From Octopus sinensis (lineage: Eukaryota): a DNA stretch of 64,000 nt. The notes beneath the pieces were generated by a model. It was not told the DNA's origin, searched no databases, and worked only from the letters and a program-made list of their open reading frames with translations. Where the stretch lies: the NCBI RefSeq assembly GCF_006345805.1, contig NC_043008.1:36270001-36334000 (forward strand), read 5' to 3'. Shown here one piece after another: positions 52,322 through 64,000 of this stretch; the stretch's first letter is position 1, and each line of letters starts with the position of its first letter. The position numbers and the translations under genes were made by a program.

Positions 52322-52725
52322 TAGGCTCAGAAGTGGCTGTGTGGTAAGTAGCTTGCTTTCCAACCACATGGTTCCGGGTTCAGCCTCACTGCGTGACACC
52401 TTAGGTAAATGTCTTCTACTATAGCCTCAGGCCGACCACAGCCTTGTGAGTGGATTTGATAGACGGAAACTGAAAGAAACCCGCCGTATATATGTATATA
52501 TATGTGTGTGTATATGTGTTTGTATTTGTGTCTCTGTGTTTGTCCCCCCAACATCGCTTGACAAGCGATGCTGGTGTGTTTACGTCCCCGTAACTTAGCA
52601 GTTTGGCAAAAGCGCCCGATAGAATTAGTACTAGGCTTACAAAGAATAAGTCCTGGGGTCGATTTGTTTGACTAAAGGCGGTGCTTCAGCATGTCCGCAG
52701 TCAAATGACTGAAGCAAGTAAAAGT
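52322..52725 (+). mobile_element. SINE family A
   Basis: Colinear with 2177-2593. Confidence 0.8.
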
Positions 52726-52973
52726 AATATTGTAAGTCGGTATTATTCCTTACGAAGAAAATCGAGCTCTCATTCTGCTGCCACAAGCGGGACTTTCTAT
52801 ACGCTATCTTTAACACTATCTGTAAATACAATTTCATAAACTTTTATCTCACACATATAGCCAGAGCCCATTGCTTTCCTTTGCACGAGACTTGAACTGT
52901 CTTCTCGCTATTAACAACTGGATTAACGGCAAGTTATTGGCAGTTAATATTCGCCGTAGACATTAGTTGATAT

Positions 52974-53475
52974 TGTAAAAGGTCACTGGTTGTTTCTTTG
53001 CACTTTTGGGGTGCAACTTGGGTGCAACTCAATTTCCTTTCCTTTTGTTTCCAGATTCTACCAGTCAGAAACAACAAGACGCAAACGTAAAAATATATAC
53101 TCTTTATTGTCTTATCCACAGAACGAAATAAGGTTGTATATTTGGTTCCACTTGGGTCTGGATGTGCAAGGCTGAACTTTAACGCTGTAAGATTTTACAA
53201 GTTCAGCAGCAAACAGAGCTGGTCAAAATGGCGTCCGGAGAGAGAGCGAAGAAAATACGGTCTGCTTCAATGAAAGGCTTTCTGCTGTCTGCCGACTGCT
53301 ACGTGTCTCTCTGGACGCTTAGTTGGTCAACGTTTTACGCTCCCTGTCTCTTTTTTAAGGTTCACGCTCCCTTCGCCTAATAAGCTAAACGCCACGTCAG
53401 CAAATTCCCTCTTCCGGTCTTCGCGTATGCGCGAGAGGGCGTTGCACGCGGGCGCTGTTGGATAGCGTCACTACA
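52974..53475 (-). mobile_element. Solo LTR related to the 60331-63061 element
   Basis: TGTA...TACA termini and 4-bp TSD ATAT on both sides. Shared blocks (ttctaccagtcagaaacaacaagacgca; ggtcaaaatggcgtc; tgcgcgagagggc; tcactaca) with both LTRs of that element. Confidence 0.85.
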
Positions 53476-53797
53476 ATATCTACACAAGCCTTCTATAAAC
53501 CTCCATAAAACTTATGTTGAATATCACGATTTCTAATCAGGACAAGGGAGATTACTTCCACTCTAAGTTCATTGGTCGGCGGTTACGAGTCCCATCACCA
53601 ATCAGTAGCATCTTTACCCAGTAGCGTTCAGTCTTCATCCGTTGGAAGCCACCGAAAGTCGACAGTTACCAATCCCTCCACACCATCTGAAGCCGCCAGT
53701 GAGAACAGATCTTGATTATCGTCCTATAACAATCACCCTCACTTAGAAACTGTGAAAACTTTGTCTCATTTCCGTGAAATTTGAAGGCAAACTTAAT

Positions 53798-53832
<35 letters not shown>

Positions 53833-53875
53833 CACACATGTATACATACATATATATATATATACATACTCCATT

Positions 53876-55162
53876 TATTGGGTCATCCCATAAATAATGC
53901 GGGTTTTTATACCTCATTTTTTTTTTCAAAATTAAGATAAAATTATTCTTTTAATCTAAAATACACTCTCCTCCATTGTCTACAATAGTCTTCCATCTAT
54001 CTTGTAGACTTGCAAGGTCCCTCTTCCAAAATTCCCTTGACCGTGTCGAAATATATTCCTCCAGTACTGTTCTGAAGTCGCCTGGAGAATTCGTAATTTT
54101 TCCATCCAAATGATTTTGACGTCTGCAGAATAAATGATAAACAGATAGGGCAATGTCCGGCGAATATGATGAGTGGGCCATCGTTTCCCATTCAAACTGC
54201 TCCAGCCTTTGGAATGTCATCCTCACTGTATGTGGCCGAGCATGATCCTGATGGAAGAACACCTTTCGTCTTGAAACCAAAGATGGTCGTTTTCTTCTTG
54301 CGCTGACTTTGAGCCGCTCAAGCTGCTCGCAGGAGATCTTCTTTGTTATATTTTGGTTGGGGTTTAAAAGTTCAAAATGGACTAAACCTTTCATATCCCA
54401 GCAAACAGATAGCAACACCTTACGCGGGTGAAGACCTTCTTTAGCCTAGGGTACCGGTGTTCCTCCTTTCCCTACCCACTGTCTTCGGCGCTTAACATTT
54501 ATATAGAGAAGCCATTTCTCATCACCAGTCACTATCGGTCCCCAATAGGTTCATTCGTGAGATCTGACAGCAAAAAAGAGCACACATTCACTATCTGCAT
54601 ACGATTAGACTCGGAAAGTTTGTGAAGAACACAATGACCCAATTTGCTGACTTTTCCGATGTCACGCGGGTGTCGATGAATGGTTGGATGAACAAATCCA
54701 AGCTTCTCTGCTAGTTCCTCAATAGTTACGATGGAATTTTATTCCACCAGGGTTTGCAGGATGTCCTTGTTGAGCTCTGCAGATTTTACAGGACAAGGAT
54801 CATCTTCTAGGCTGTAGTTTCTGGCTCAGGCTTTCTGGAACCACCACTGACACTGGCTTATGCTTATTGTCCAATCCCCATATACTGTATTAATATTCCT
54901 CGCACTTTCCATTGTGGTGTTGCCTTTATTGAACTCATAAAGCAAAATATGCCAAATATGCTCGTTTGTCACCTCCATTTTAGCTTTGAAAAAATAACTG
55001 TTAAAATCGGACTGCACTCTTCAAAACTTGCACTAAGAATAAGGGCAAGGTAAAATTACTACCTGCTTTTATAGCAAGTTGATGCAGGTAGTTTATTCCG
55101 TCCCCTCCAACTTTTAGTTCATGCAATTGAAAAAACCGCATTATTTATAAGATGACCCAATA
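53876..55162 (-). mobile_element. Full-length decayed mariner
   Basis: TIRs tattgggtcatc...ataaataatgcgg with TA ends; transposase remnants EHIWHILLYEFNKG, HQDHARPH and YSPDIALSVYHLF. Confidence 0.9.
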
Positions 55163-55641
55163 TTTTCTAGAATCTCTTCCAAATACTAAAAATATACACA
55201 TCATCTTTCCCCGAACGCAATTAGAATTCTGGTTTGATAATAGATATGTTTATAATATATTTTCATTCGAACAGAATCAGAAGTTTGATGGCAGAATGGG
55301 GAACAATCGATTATATTAACCCCAGGCCTTGATAAATGAAGAAATAGTCAAGAGTTGGGGTCAATGTATTCGGCTAAGTATCTTTCCTGGAAAACGGTAA
55401 GCCTTATGTCTAAATTTAAAAACAATTATTATCTTCTGGCTTTTCCCTTTTACCCGCTTCAGTCATTGAATAGCAGCCATGATGGAGAACCCCCTTGCTT
55501 AGTTTAATCCAAGATACCGACTCCGGTACTTATTTTTGTTCAAAGTCTGTTATTTAATTTATCGGTATCTTTTGCGAACTGCTAACTTACAGTAACGGGA
55601 CAAACATGAACGCACACATGACAATCTTCTACATATTTTCT

Positions 55642-55825
55642 TATTTCTTTATTGCCCACAAAGGGCTAAACACAGAGGGCACAAACAAGGACAGACAAAT
55701 GGATTAAGTCGATTACATCGACCCCAGTGCGTAACTGGTACTTAATTTATCGACCCCGAAAGAATGAAAGACAAAGTCGACCTCGGCGGAATTTGAACTC
55801 ACAATGTAGCGGCAGACGAAATACC
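55642..55825 (-). mobile_element. SINE family B, 5'-truncated
   Basis: Reverse-complement copy; a flanking ttctacatattttct repeat suggests a TSD. Confidence 0.75.
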
Positions 55826-56440
55826 AGATCTGCCAGAGCACCGTCTTAATATTCTACATATTTTCTGCTTATGAAATTCACACAGAAGGCCTTGCTAGGC
55901 CTACCCAAGGTGTCGTGCAGTGGGACTGCACCAGAAACCATATGGTTACAAAGCGAACTTCATAACTACACACTCTTATTCCTAGAACTTATAAAACTTT
56001 TGACAATCGTTCGGCAATTTTGGTTGTCGTATAAGGAAGGTGTGAGATGCGGGCTGAGTTACCCTGAATTTGAATGAGAGGGGTAAGATAGAAGTTAGGT
56101 GAAAGATTCTAAATTTGGGAATTTCCAAGCAGTGGGCGGGGTTTAGTGAATGATGACAATATATTATGATGATCGCTGCATACATACGTCAATACATAAA
56201 TATATGCAGACACACACACACACACACTCTCTCACACACACACACACTCACGCATACACACACTCCTATACGCACAAGTAACTTTTAAAATTCTGAGAAA
56301 GGCAAAGTGAAGTGGGTGTGAGGAAGACGTAGCTTTAAGGAAGGAGGGGGCTGGTAAGTTGACAACTGTTGTTCACATGCAGCGTTTCTACTGCACATCG
56401 CAACAGAAGCACACACACGCACACACACGTAAAGTTTATA

Positions 56441-56674
56441 TTTTTCTTTACTACTCACAAGGGGGCTAAACACAGAGGGGACAAACAAGGACAGACAAAC
56501 GGATTAAGTCGATTACATCGACCCCAGTGCGTAACTGGTACTCAATTTATCGACTCCGAAAGGATAAAAGGCAAAGTCGACCTCGGCGGAATTTGAACTC
56601 AGAACGTAACAGCAGACGAAATACGGCTACGCATTTCGCCCGGCGTGCTAACGTTTCGGCCAGCTCGCCGCCTT
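56441..56674 (-). mobile_element. SINE family B, full length
   Basis: Flanked by the cgtaaagtttata duplication at 56428-56440 and 56682-56694. Confidence 0.88.
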
Positions 56675-56943
56675 CAACACGCGTAAAGTTTATAAAACCC
56701 GAATGGAAGCAAGGAAAGAGTGTAAGAAATTGATAATATGCAGTGGTAGGTGGGGACTGGTAAATTTACATAAGTTGTCGTTCAGGTCGTCAGCACACCA
56801 CCTTTCTCTCCGTTCTCTGTCTGTCTGTCTCTTTCTCTCTCTCTCTCTCACGTTAAAAAAACAGATGCGATCACTCAACAAAATTAACCGAAATTAACGA
56901 TTGAAAAAATAAGATATGTATATGTATATATTATATATCGGAG

Positions 56944-57259
56944 ACCCCTTTCGGTCACGATACAGACCATGGGATTTCACCTAGAAAGTTACCCTCCTAG
57001 ACACAAGTCCGGGCGAGGTTGTTTATGGAAGACCAACAGTCGCCCATGCATACCAGCCTCCCCTCTCCACGCCACCAGTGTTATCCAAGGGAAAGACAAA
57101 GGTCGATACAGCTTGGCACCAGTGACGTCGCAACTCATTTCTACAGCTGAGGGAACTGGAGCAACGTGAAATAAAGTGCCTTGCTCAAGCCCGGTCCGGG
57201 ATTCGAGCTCACAACCTCACGATCGTAAACTCGACGCTCTAACCACTGAGCCATGCGCC
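56944..57259 (-). mobile_element. tRNA-derived SINE family C
   Basis: Minus-strand head ggcgcatggctcagtggttagagcgtcgag...ctcgaatcccgg with box A and B; the body is shared with 30718-30930. Confidence 0.8.
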
Positions 57260-57316
57260 CTATATTATATCTATATCTATATATACTTTTATTAAAGCTG
57301 CAAAAATCTTCACAAG

Positions 57317-57443
57317 CTGTTACTCAGAGTTTCTCGTTCCTATTCGTCGGACAGTTTGTAAACATACTGAATTATAACTGTGATCACAATTTTAATTGAA
57401 CATGGCCACAAGTGTCCGACGAACGGGAACGTGAAACTCTGAG
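57317..57443. repeat. Inverted repeat with variant hammerhead-like core
   Basis: 57323-57354 pairs with 57412-57443; each arm carries CCGACGA-stem-GAAA-CUCUGAG. Confidence 0.6.
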
Positions 57444-57499
57444 ATTCTGAAAATTTTTGCAGCTGTAATAAAAGTGTGTCACTCTACCTAGGTACTCGA

Positions 57500-59040
57500 G
57501 TACTGGCTTTTTCCACCTTGTTTTACATTTATGACCTTTTCGTGTATCAGGACCGCGTATCATTATGGCTAAAATACAGAAATCATCTGGTAAAAATATC
57601 ACATTCAGTTGTAATATCCTGGCGAGAATATATAATATACTAATGAAGTTTACAATACAGCATTATCAGTTAAAGCTATTTCTACGAAAGGGAGTGAATT
57701 GCATGTGTATTGTCTTCCTCAAACCAATCATTCTGAAGTTAATTGTTTAACAACAGAACTATTAAAAGAAACCTCTTACAATGAACTTCGCGAAAACGAA
57801 TCCAAATTATTACACGAACAAAAATATTTTAGAACGTTATACCCGGAAAGGGACGAAGGTTTTTTTAAAATCTTTTCTTGATGCTCCATCAGGAACTGTT
57901 AAAACATTTGTCACTAAACTGTTGCTTGCCAAAATCCGACAATAGAAAAAAATAGTTTTTGCAGTTGCTTTTTCAGGTATTGCTGCTATGTTACTTTTGG
58001 GAGGACGAACAGCTCTCTCGACTTTTAGATTACCATTAAACTTAGTTGACAACGATACATCAGTTTGTAATTTTAGTAAAACATTTGGGATGGAATAGGT
58101 ATTAAGGAGTTGTCATCTCATTATTTGGGATAAGTGCACAATGGCAAACAAAAAATCTTTGGAAGCTCTGAATCGAAGCTTGCAGGGTTTAAGACATTCC
58201 GATGTATTGACGGGTGGAATCGCCACTGTACTCTCAGGAGATTTTCGCCAGACTACTTGTAATACTAAAAGTACTAAAGTGGATGAGTTAATGGCTTGCT
58301 TGAAATTATCATATTTGTGGAGACATATAACAAAAGTGAGCCTAAGAATATAAGGGTCACACTTTTTGGTGACGATTTGTCTGAAAAATGTTTTCAAAAT
58401 TTATTGAAACTTAGAGAAGGTGGGGTAACACTTGATAGAAATAATTGTCTACATACCTCTCAAATTAGTACATCAGTTTCATCATGCAATAAACTAATTG
58501 CTGAAATATTTCCAAATTTTCAGGATCACCAACGAACCCATGTTTTCATGGAAGGGCAATACGTGCACCAAAAAATATTACTTTTAGCAGAACAAACAAT
58601 ATGTTATTGGATTACATTCTTGCAGAGATTGTCAACTATCCAGTTGAATTCTTCAATTCTTTGGAACTGCCTGGGCTCTCACCAAACCACTTCTGTTGAA
58701 AGTGGGAACCCTCATATCGCTGCTGCAGAAGCTTGACCTACCTTGGCTGTGTAACGGGCACTAGACTAGTGGTTAAAATATAATACCTCATATTATTCAG
58801 GCCAATATCTTAACTGGTTGTTCTATGGAAGAAGATGTTTTAATGCTCAGAATACCCTTGGTGCCATCTGACACAGAAATGCCTTTTGTATTAAAAAGGC
58901 CGCAGTTCCCTGTAAAACTCAGTTTTGCCTTTGTCTATAAATAAATCACGAGGACAATCTTTATCTGTTCCCGAGCTATAACCTGAATGTTTTTCATAGG
59001 GGCAACTGTATGTTGCATGGACAAGAGCTGGAAGTCCACG
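57500..59040 (+). pseudogene. Helitron PIF1-family helicase remnant
   Basis: Frameshifted motifs FLDAPSGTVKTF (Walker A), VAFSGIAAMLLLGGRTA.STF, IIWDKCTMA, GDFRQT, LCNG, RPQFPVKLSFA and GQLYVAWTR. Confidence 0.88.
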
Positions 59041-60330
59041 CCATCTATTTGCTTATGTTCCTACAGGAAAAAACATGTACCACCACCACCACCACCACGC
59101 AGAATGTAGAGAGCCTGAAAATATGGGGCAAAGATCTCCACCGACGCAACAAAGGTTCTGCCACCCTCCCACCCGCAGAGCAGCGTGAAAGACAATGCTC
59201 CGCCTGATCCGGGAATTGAGTGCAACATCCTAACCACAAGGCCACAAGCCTTCACACATGGCGGAAGCTGTATGTATGTATGTATGTATGTATGTATGTA
59301 TGTATGTATGTATGTATGTATGTATGTATGCATGGATGGATGGATGTATGCATGGATTTATGTATGTATGTATGAATGTGTGTGTATGGATGGATGGATG
59401 GATGAATGGATGTCTGTCTGTATGTACGCATGAATGTGTGTGTATGTATGTATGTTTATGTATGAATGTATGTATATGTATGTATATATGTATGCATGTA
59501 AGTGTGTGCGTCTGTCTATGTCTGTGTCTGTGTGTGTGTGTGTGTGTGTGTATGTGTGTGCGTGTGTGTGTGTGCGCGCATCTTTTTTCTTTTGCCTTTT
59601 GCTTGTATCAGTCGACTGGTTGGAAAAAAAGGGTTTGATAGGAGAGGTAGAAAGAAGGGGAACAACGTGCTTCTTTCAGTTTCCTTCTACTAAATCCATT
59701 CACAAGGCTTTGGTCGGTCCGAGACTAGAGTAGAAGATACTTGCCCAAGGTGCCATGCAGTGGGACTGAACCAGGGAACCATGTGGTTGGGAAGCAAGCT
59801 TCTTGCTACACAGCGACGTCTATATATGTTCTTCTCTTTCTCTATTCAATTTAGAGTCAATTTTACGCGACCACCTATTTAGTAACATGATTATGAACGA
59901 ATGCATCTTGTTTTGTTCATCATCCTTTAAAACGTAAGGTCTTACAGATTTATATAGTCCCAGATATCATGATATCATTTGTAGTGTATAAATTAAGGAT
60001 TTGCTTTCTCTCTTCAAGAACCTACGTTCAGCCATATTTTGCTACAGACGGGTTGGTATGTATCTTGTTACTTCAATAATAATGAGTATGAAGCTGAAAG
60101 TATATCTTGGGTACTGGATTTGCAAACCCCTTATTAATGGCCTTTAGGTGCCCTCTTTTTCTTGTCTTCTTCGAAGCATGTATGTATGTATGTATGTATG
60201 TATGGGTGTATGTGAGTGTGTGTTAGAGATGATGGCATTGCATGCATGAATCTCTCTGCTGTGACTTACGTATATGAACACATATACATGTCTACACATC
60301 TGTATATATGTGTTTTGTGTGTGTATGCTT

Positions 60331-63061
60331 TGTAACGAGCTTAGTGAGAGTGAATATCTTGTCTTGTACTTTCGGGGTACAAGAAAGCAATCACTCACTA
60401 GCCGTTGCTTTAATAATCCAGAATTCTACCAGTCAGAAACAACAAGACGCAGACGTAAAATATATACATACTACTTTATTCTCTTTCTTGGTAACAATAA
60501 CAATAAGTGTGTTATCTGATGTCCTTGGTTCTGGGTGCGCAAGGCTGAAAGTTAATTGATTGTAATATTTACAATATTCAGCCGCCAAAACAGAACGGGT
60601 CAAAATGGCGTCGAACAATGGAGACGATGTTGGTCTGCAACAATTTGGTTAAAGCCCTTTTGGTAAGGACTGCTAGAAGCTAGTTCGAACGGAGAGAAAA
60701 TATATCGCGACCGTTGCCTTCGATAGCCATGTCTCAAAGTCCCCGCTTGCTGCTGCTAGTGGTCAAACGTTCTACGATCCCCCTGCCTTGGCCAGGGTCG
60801 TGCTTCCGGAGGTTCGCGCATGCGCGAGAGGGCCCTTCCTCTCACTGCCTTGGTAAAGGCACCAACACGCGCGAAATACAAATGGACGGTGCGCGAGCGC
60901 GCGCCGTTATAGTATCACTACAAGGCTCCCCTCCAGTGCGTACGCACGAAAGGAAACTTATTGTAGTGACTGCAAAACTCAAGGTGGACACCAGATAACC
61001 AAATAGCACACAATAATATAATGGCAAAATTTATAACATACACAAGAAATTTACTAAAGGAAAAAGAGAAAAAATACTCAATGAGCAAAAATCAAGAGTG
61101 CATGCATGAAAGTGTATACGTCACAAAGTATAGAACCTTCCGCTGAAGGGAGCGGAAGAAAAGGCAGAACTCACAGTTATTGAACCTAGGCGAAATTAAA
61201 ATCCAACTCTCTAAAGGTAGTTGATCCTGCGAAATAGCAGTTAAATCAATTGCTGCAGGAGAGGAAATGGAATTGACAGAAGCTCGCTAGTAACACAAAA
61301 GGCAAAAGTGCAAACATGCTGGTGTGATGCGCGACACAGATAATTTTCTGTTAATTACGTGACCAACAGTGGTCTAACAGGGAAAAATAATTACGCCTAA
61401 ACATGGTGCAGCGCATGTGAACATCCGACGTCCTATGAGTCGGGAAAAGAATTAAGCTAGCGCAAACGTGTTGCAAAAAACAAGGCAATACACGTGCAGA
61501 GCAAAAGGCGCATGAAATGCAATAGAGCTTGCCAGACCGAAAAAAAACAGCAAGAATATGCCAGTGGTTGAGCGATTATATGCCTCGTTCGTACAGGAAC
61601 AAAAGTATGACATGCTGGCGCGTTATAATGGACAAACAACCCTCTCTATGTATACGTGACCGACCTAGGGTCTATAGAAATGAGGGGTGTCCACAAAAGG
61701 CAAATTCAGCATGGAAAAAAAAACAAGCGAGAAAAGCATGTGTGACGTATGTATGTGAGAGAGAGCATTTATGTGTGTGTACGTGTGTGCGACAGAAATA
61801 CATACAAGGTGAATGCGAGCAAAATATAAAAACAGCGCATAGAAAAAATGTCTCTCAAGGCTATTCCAGACAAGAGTTAATTTACCAGTCTCTAATAGCC
61901 TGAAGCACAATAGCAGTTCGTTCTGTACAGAAATGTTGAGATCACAAAATGCATATGCCGGTTGAACACAATGTGTAGCGGTTGTGGCTTCAATGCTGTG
62001 ACAGGTTAACTGGAACAGAAGAATCTCGTAGATAGACGGTGCTGTAAATCCTTGGTGTGCATATGCACAATACAGCGTGCACGCTAAAGTTCCGCGAGTT
62101 GCTATGTACATCTTGTGGAGGTCGACGGTGTTGAAAGGCGACGGTGGTGGTGGCGACTGTAGTGGACTTGAGACAACATCGTTCTTAGTGATGATGGCGA
62201 CGAAGATAGCGACGACGTGAAGTAGAAAGACGACGATAGCGATGACGAAGGTGGAGAAAAGGCATCGAATATATGATGGCGTTCGTCATCATGGCTGTAG
62301 AATAAGAAAAGGGCTCCTTCTACAACTGTTTGTGGTGGCCGGAAACAAATCGTCGAAAGATGAATGCGTAGAGTTAAATCGTGTTCCGACTTCGCAGAAA
62401 AACTGGATTTTTTTTGTTGATAAGTGATCTCTGGTTTTAGACCAGAATCACGTCGGGAGGTCACCAGTGTAACGAGCTTAGTGTGAGTGAGTGTGAATAT
62501 CTTCGTGCACTTTTGGGGTGCACAAAGCAATCACTCACTAGCCGTTGCTTTAATAATCCAGAATTCTACCAGTCAGAAACAACAAGACGCAGACGTAAAA
62601 TATATACATACTACTTTATTCTCTTTCTTGGTAACAATAACAATAAGTGTGTTATCTGATGTCCTTGGTTCTGGGCGCGCAAGCTGAAAGTTAATTGATT
62701 GTAATATTTACAATATTCAGCCGCCAAAACAGAACGGGTCAAAATGGCGTCGAACAATGGAGACGATGTTGGTCTGCAACAATTTGGTTAAAGCCCTTTT
62801 GGTAAGGACTGCTAGAAGCTAGTTCGAACGGAGAGAAAATATATCGCGACCGTTGCCTTCGATAGCCATGTCTCAAAGTCCCCGCTTGCTGCTGCTAGTG
62901 GTCAAACGTTCTACGATCCCCCTGCCTTGGCCAGGGTCGTGCTTCCGGAGGTTCGCGCATGCGCGAGAGGGCCCTTCCTCTCACTGCCTTGGTAAAGGCA
63001 CCAACACGCGCGAAATACAAATGGACGGTGCGCGAGCGCGCGCCGTTATAGTATCACTACA
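60331..63061 (-). mobile_element. Non-autonomous LTR retroelement (TRIM/LARD-like)
   Basis: Two TG...CA LTRs (60331-60922 and 62468-63061), TSD GCTT, tRNA-Trp-type PBS near 62445-62466, purine tract GGAGGGGAG beside the 3' LTR; no recognisable gag or pol inside. Confidence 0.9.
62445..62466 (-). promoter_or_regulatory. Primer binding site, tRNA-Trp type
   Basis: Minus strand TGGTGACCTCCCGACGTGATT one base after the 5' LTR. It equals the complement of the remembered eukaryotic tRNA-Trp 3' end (AATCACGTCGGGGTCACCA) with a 2-nt insertion. Confidence 0.75.
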
Positions 63062-63959
63062 GCTTTTTGTTTGTATCAGTAGACTGGTTGGAAAAAAAAA
63101 GGTTTGACAGGAGAGGTAGAAAGAAGGAGAACAACGTGCTTCTTTCTGTTTCCGTCTACGAAATCCACTCACAAGGCTTTGGTATTAAGTTTGGCTGCGT
63201 GTGTCCCGTAATAAATCAACTACGAATATTGTTGAAATATTATTTTATTTTATCAAAACCAATTACGATATTTACATAGTTACATCACAGTTTGCCAGTA
63301 GAGAACCGAGGCTGTAATTAAATTAGTAACAAAAGAGATTAGCTTCAGGTGAGAGGCGGAAATAATGCTTGTCCATCCTAGTTGAAGCATTCCTTTTAAC
63401 TCCGGATGAACTTCAGCCAAGAGAAACTTGTCGAAGTAAGCGCTTGTTGCTTGTGCTTCCAAGTGCGCCGCGCTCTCTGATTTGTTTCCGTGTGTTGTGT
63501 TTATATAACTACAAAAGCGGGGTAACTTCCAGAATACTAAAGAATATTATCTAATATGAGATGATATGCCAACAAGTTGATTGGTTAATAACCAGGGCAC
63601 GTCACCTGACTTAAATGAGCTAGTTATTATAGTTATTAAAATTGTGAGGTTTCGATTCTAGGCTTCACTTACTAAACTTTTTTCTAAACTTCTGGAATAT
63701 TTTAATAATTTTCACATTTCTATTAATGATTTGTCTATACAATTTCTCTCTTAGCTATGTTCTTTGTAGTTTTCTGAAGTTCAACATCTCAAGATTGGTG
63801 CTGAGGCAAGTAGTTATATATCTTAAACTGGAGTATGATATGTTTTTGGCATAGTTGGGATCTTTTCGGTTCGAACGGCAGTTTTTTCTAGCGGTGTCAT
63901 ATAAAATTGTCACCCATAATTATGACCCCTAGTATCGATCTATTGCATTTCAATCTGTT

Positions 63960-64000
63960 TTAGGGTTAGGGTTAGTTAGGGTTAGGGTTATGGTTGAGGG
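63960..64000 (+). repeat. Degenerate (TTAGGG)n telomere-like repeats
   Basis: ttagggttagggttagttagggttagggttatggttgaggg, running off the window edge. Confidence 0.7.

Noticed and set aside
56944-57259. tRNA gene
   Set aside because: Only a tRNA-like head with box A/B fused to a repeat body; it is a SINE, not a cloverleaf tRNA.
61665-62530. Internal ORFs of the LTR element as gag
   Set aside because: No convincing capsid or zinc-knuckle motif by eye; not called.

Overview
AT-rich, microsatellite-dense animal DNA. The SINE families and repeat landscape look like an octopod cephalopod genome (recognition, not a database result). The first 21 kb hold the 3' part of a plus-strand gene that I read as AP5B1 (AP-5 complex subunit beta-1). 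Ten small GT-AG exons (2640-21118) splice phase-consistently into 912 nt (303 aa plus stop) resembling the AP5B1 C-terminus. None of these exons is captured as such by the ORF track; most long ORFs there are microsatellite artefacts. The rest is mainly transposon debris: three tRNA-derived SINE families, RTE, CR1, R4/Dong-like and I-clade LINE fragments, two full-length but decayed mariner elements, and a Helitron helicase remnant. The most notable observations are two. First, several minimal type I hammerhead-ribozyme motifs of Penelope-like type, plus long fold-back palindromes; inside the AP5B1 introns the best-preserved motifs are antisense and the sense copies are broken. Second, a young 2.7-kb non-coding LTR element (60331-63061) with a 4-bp TSD, a tRNA-Trp-type primer binding site and a polypurine tract. 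It has a related solo LTR (52974-53475), and all three LTRs share a hairpin showing compensatory changes. A possible second gene on the minus strand (22.8-33.4 kb) could not be resolved.
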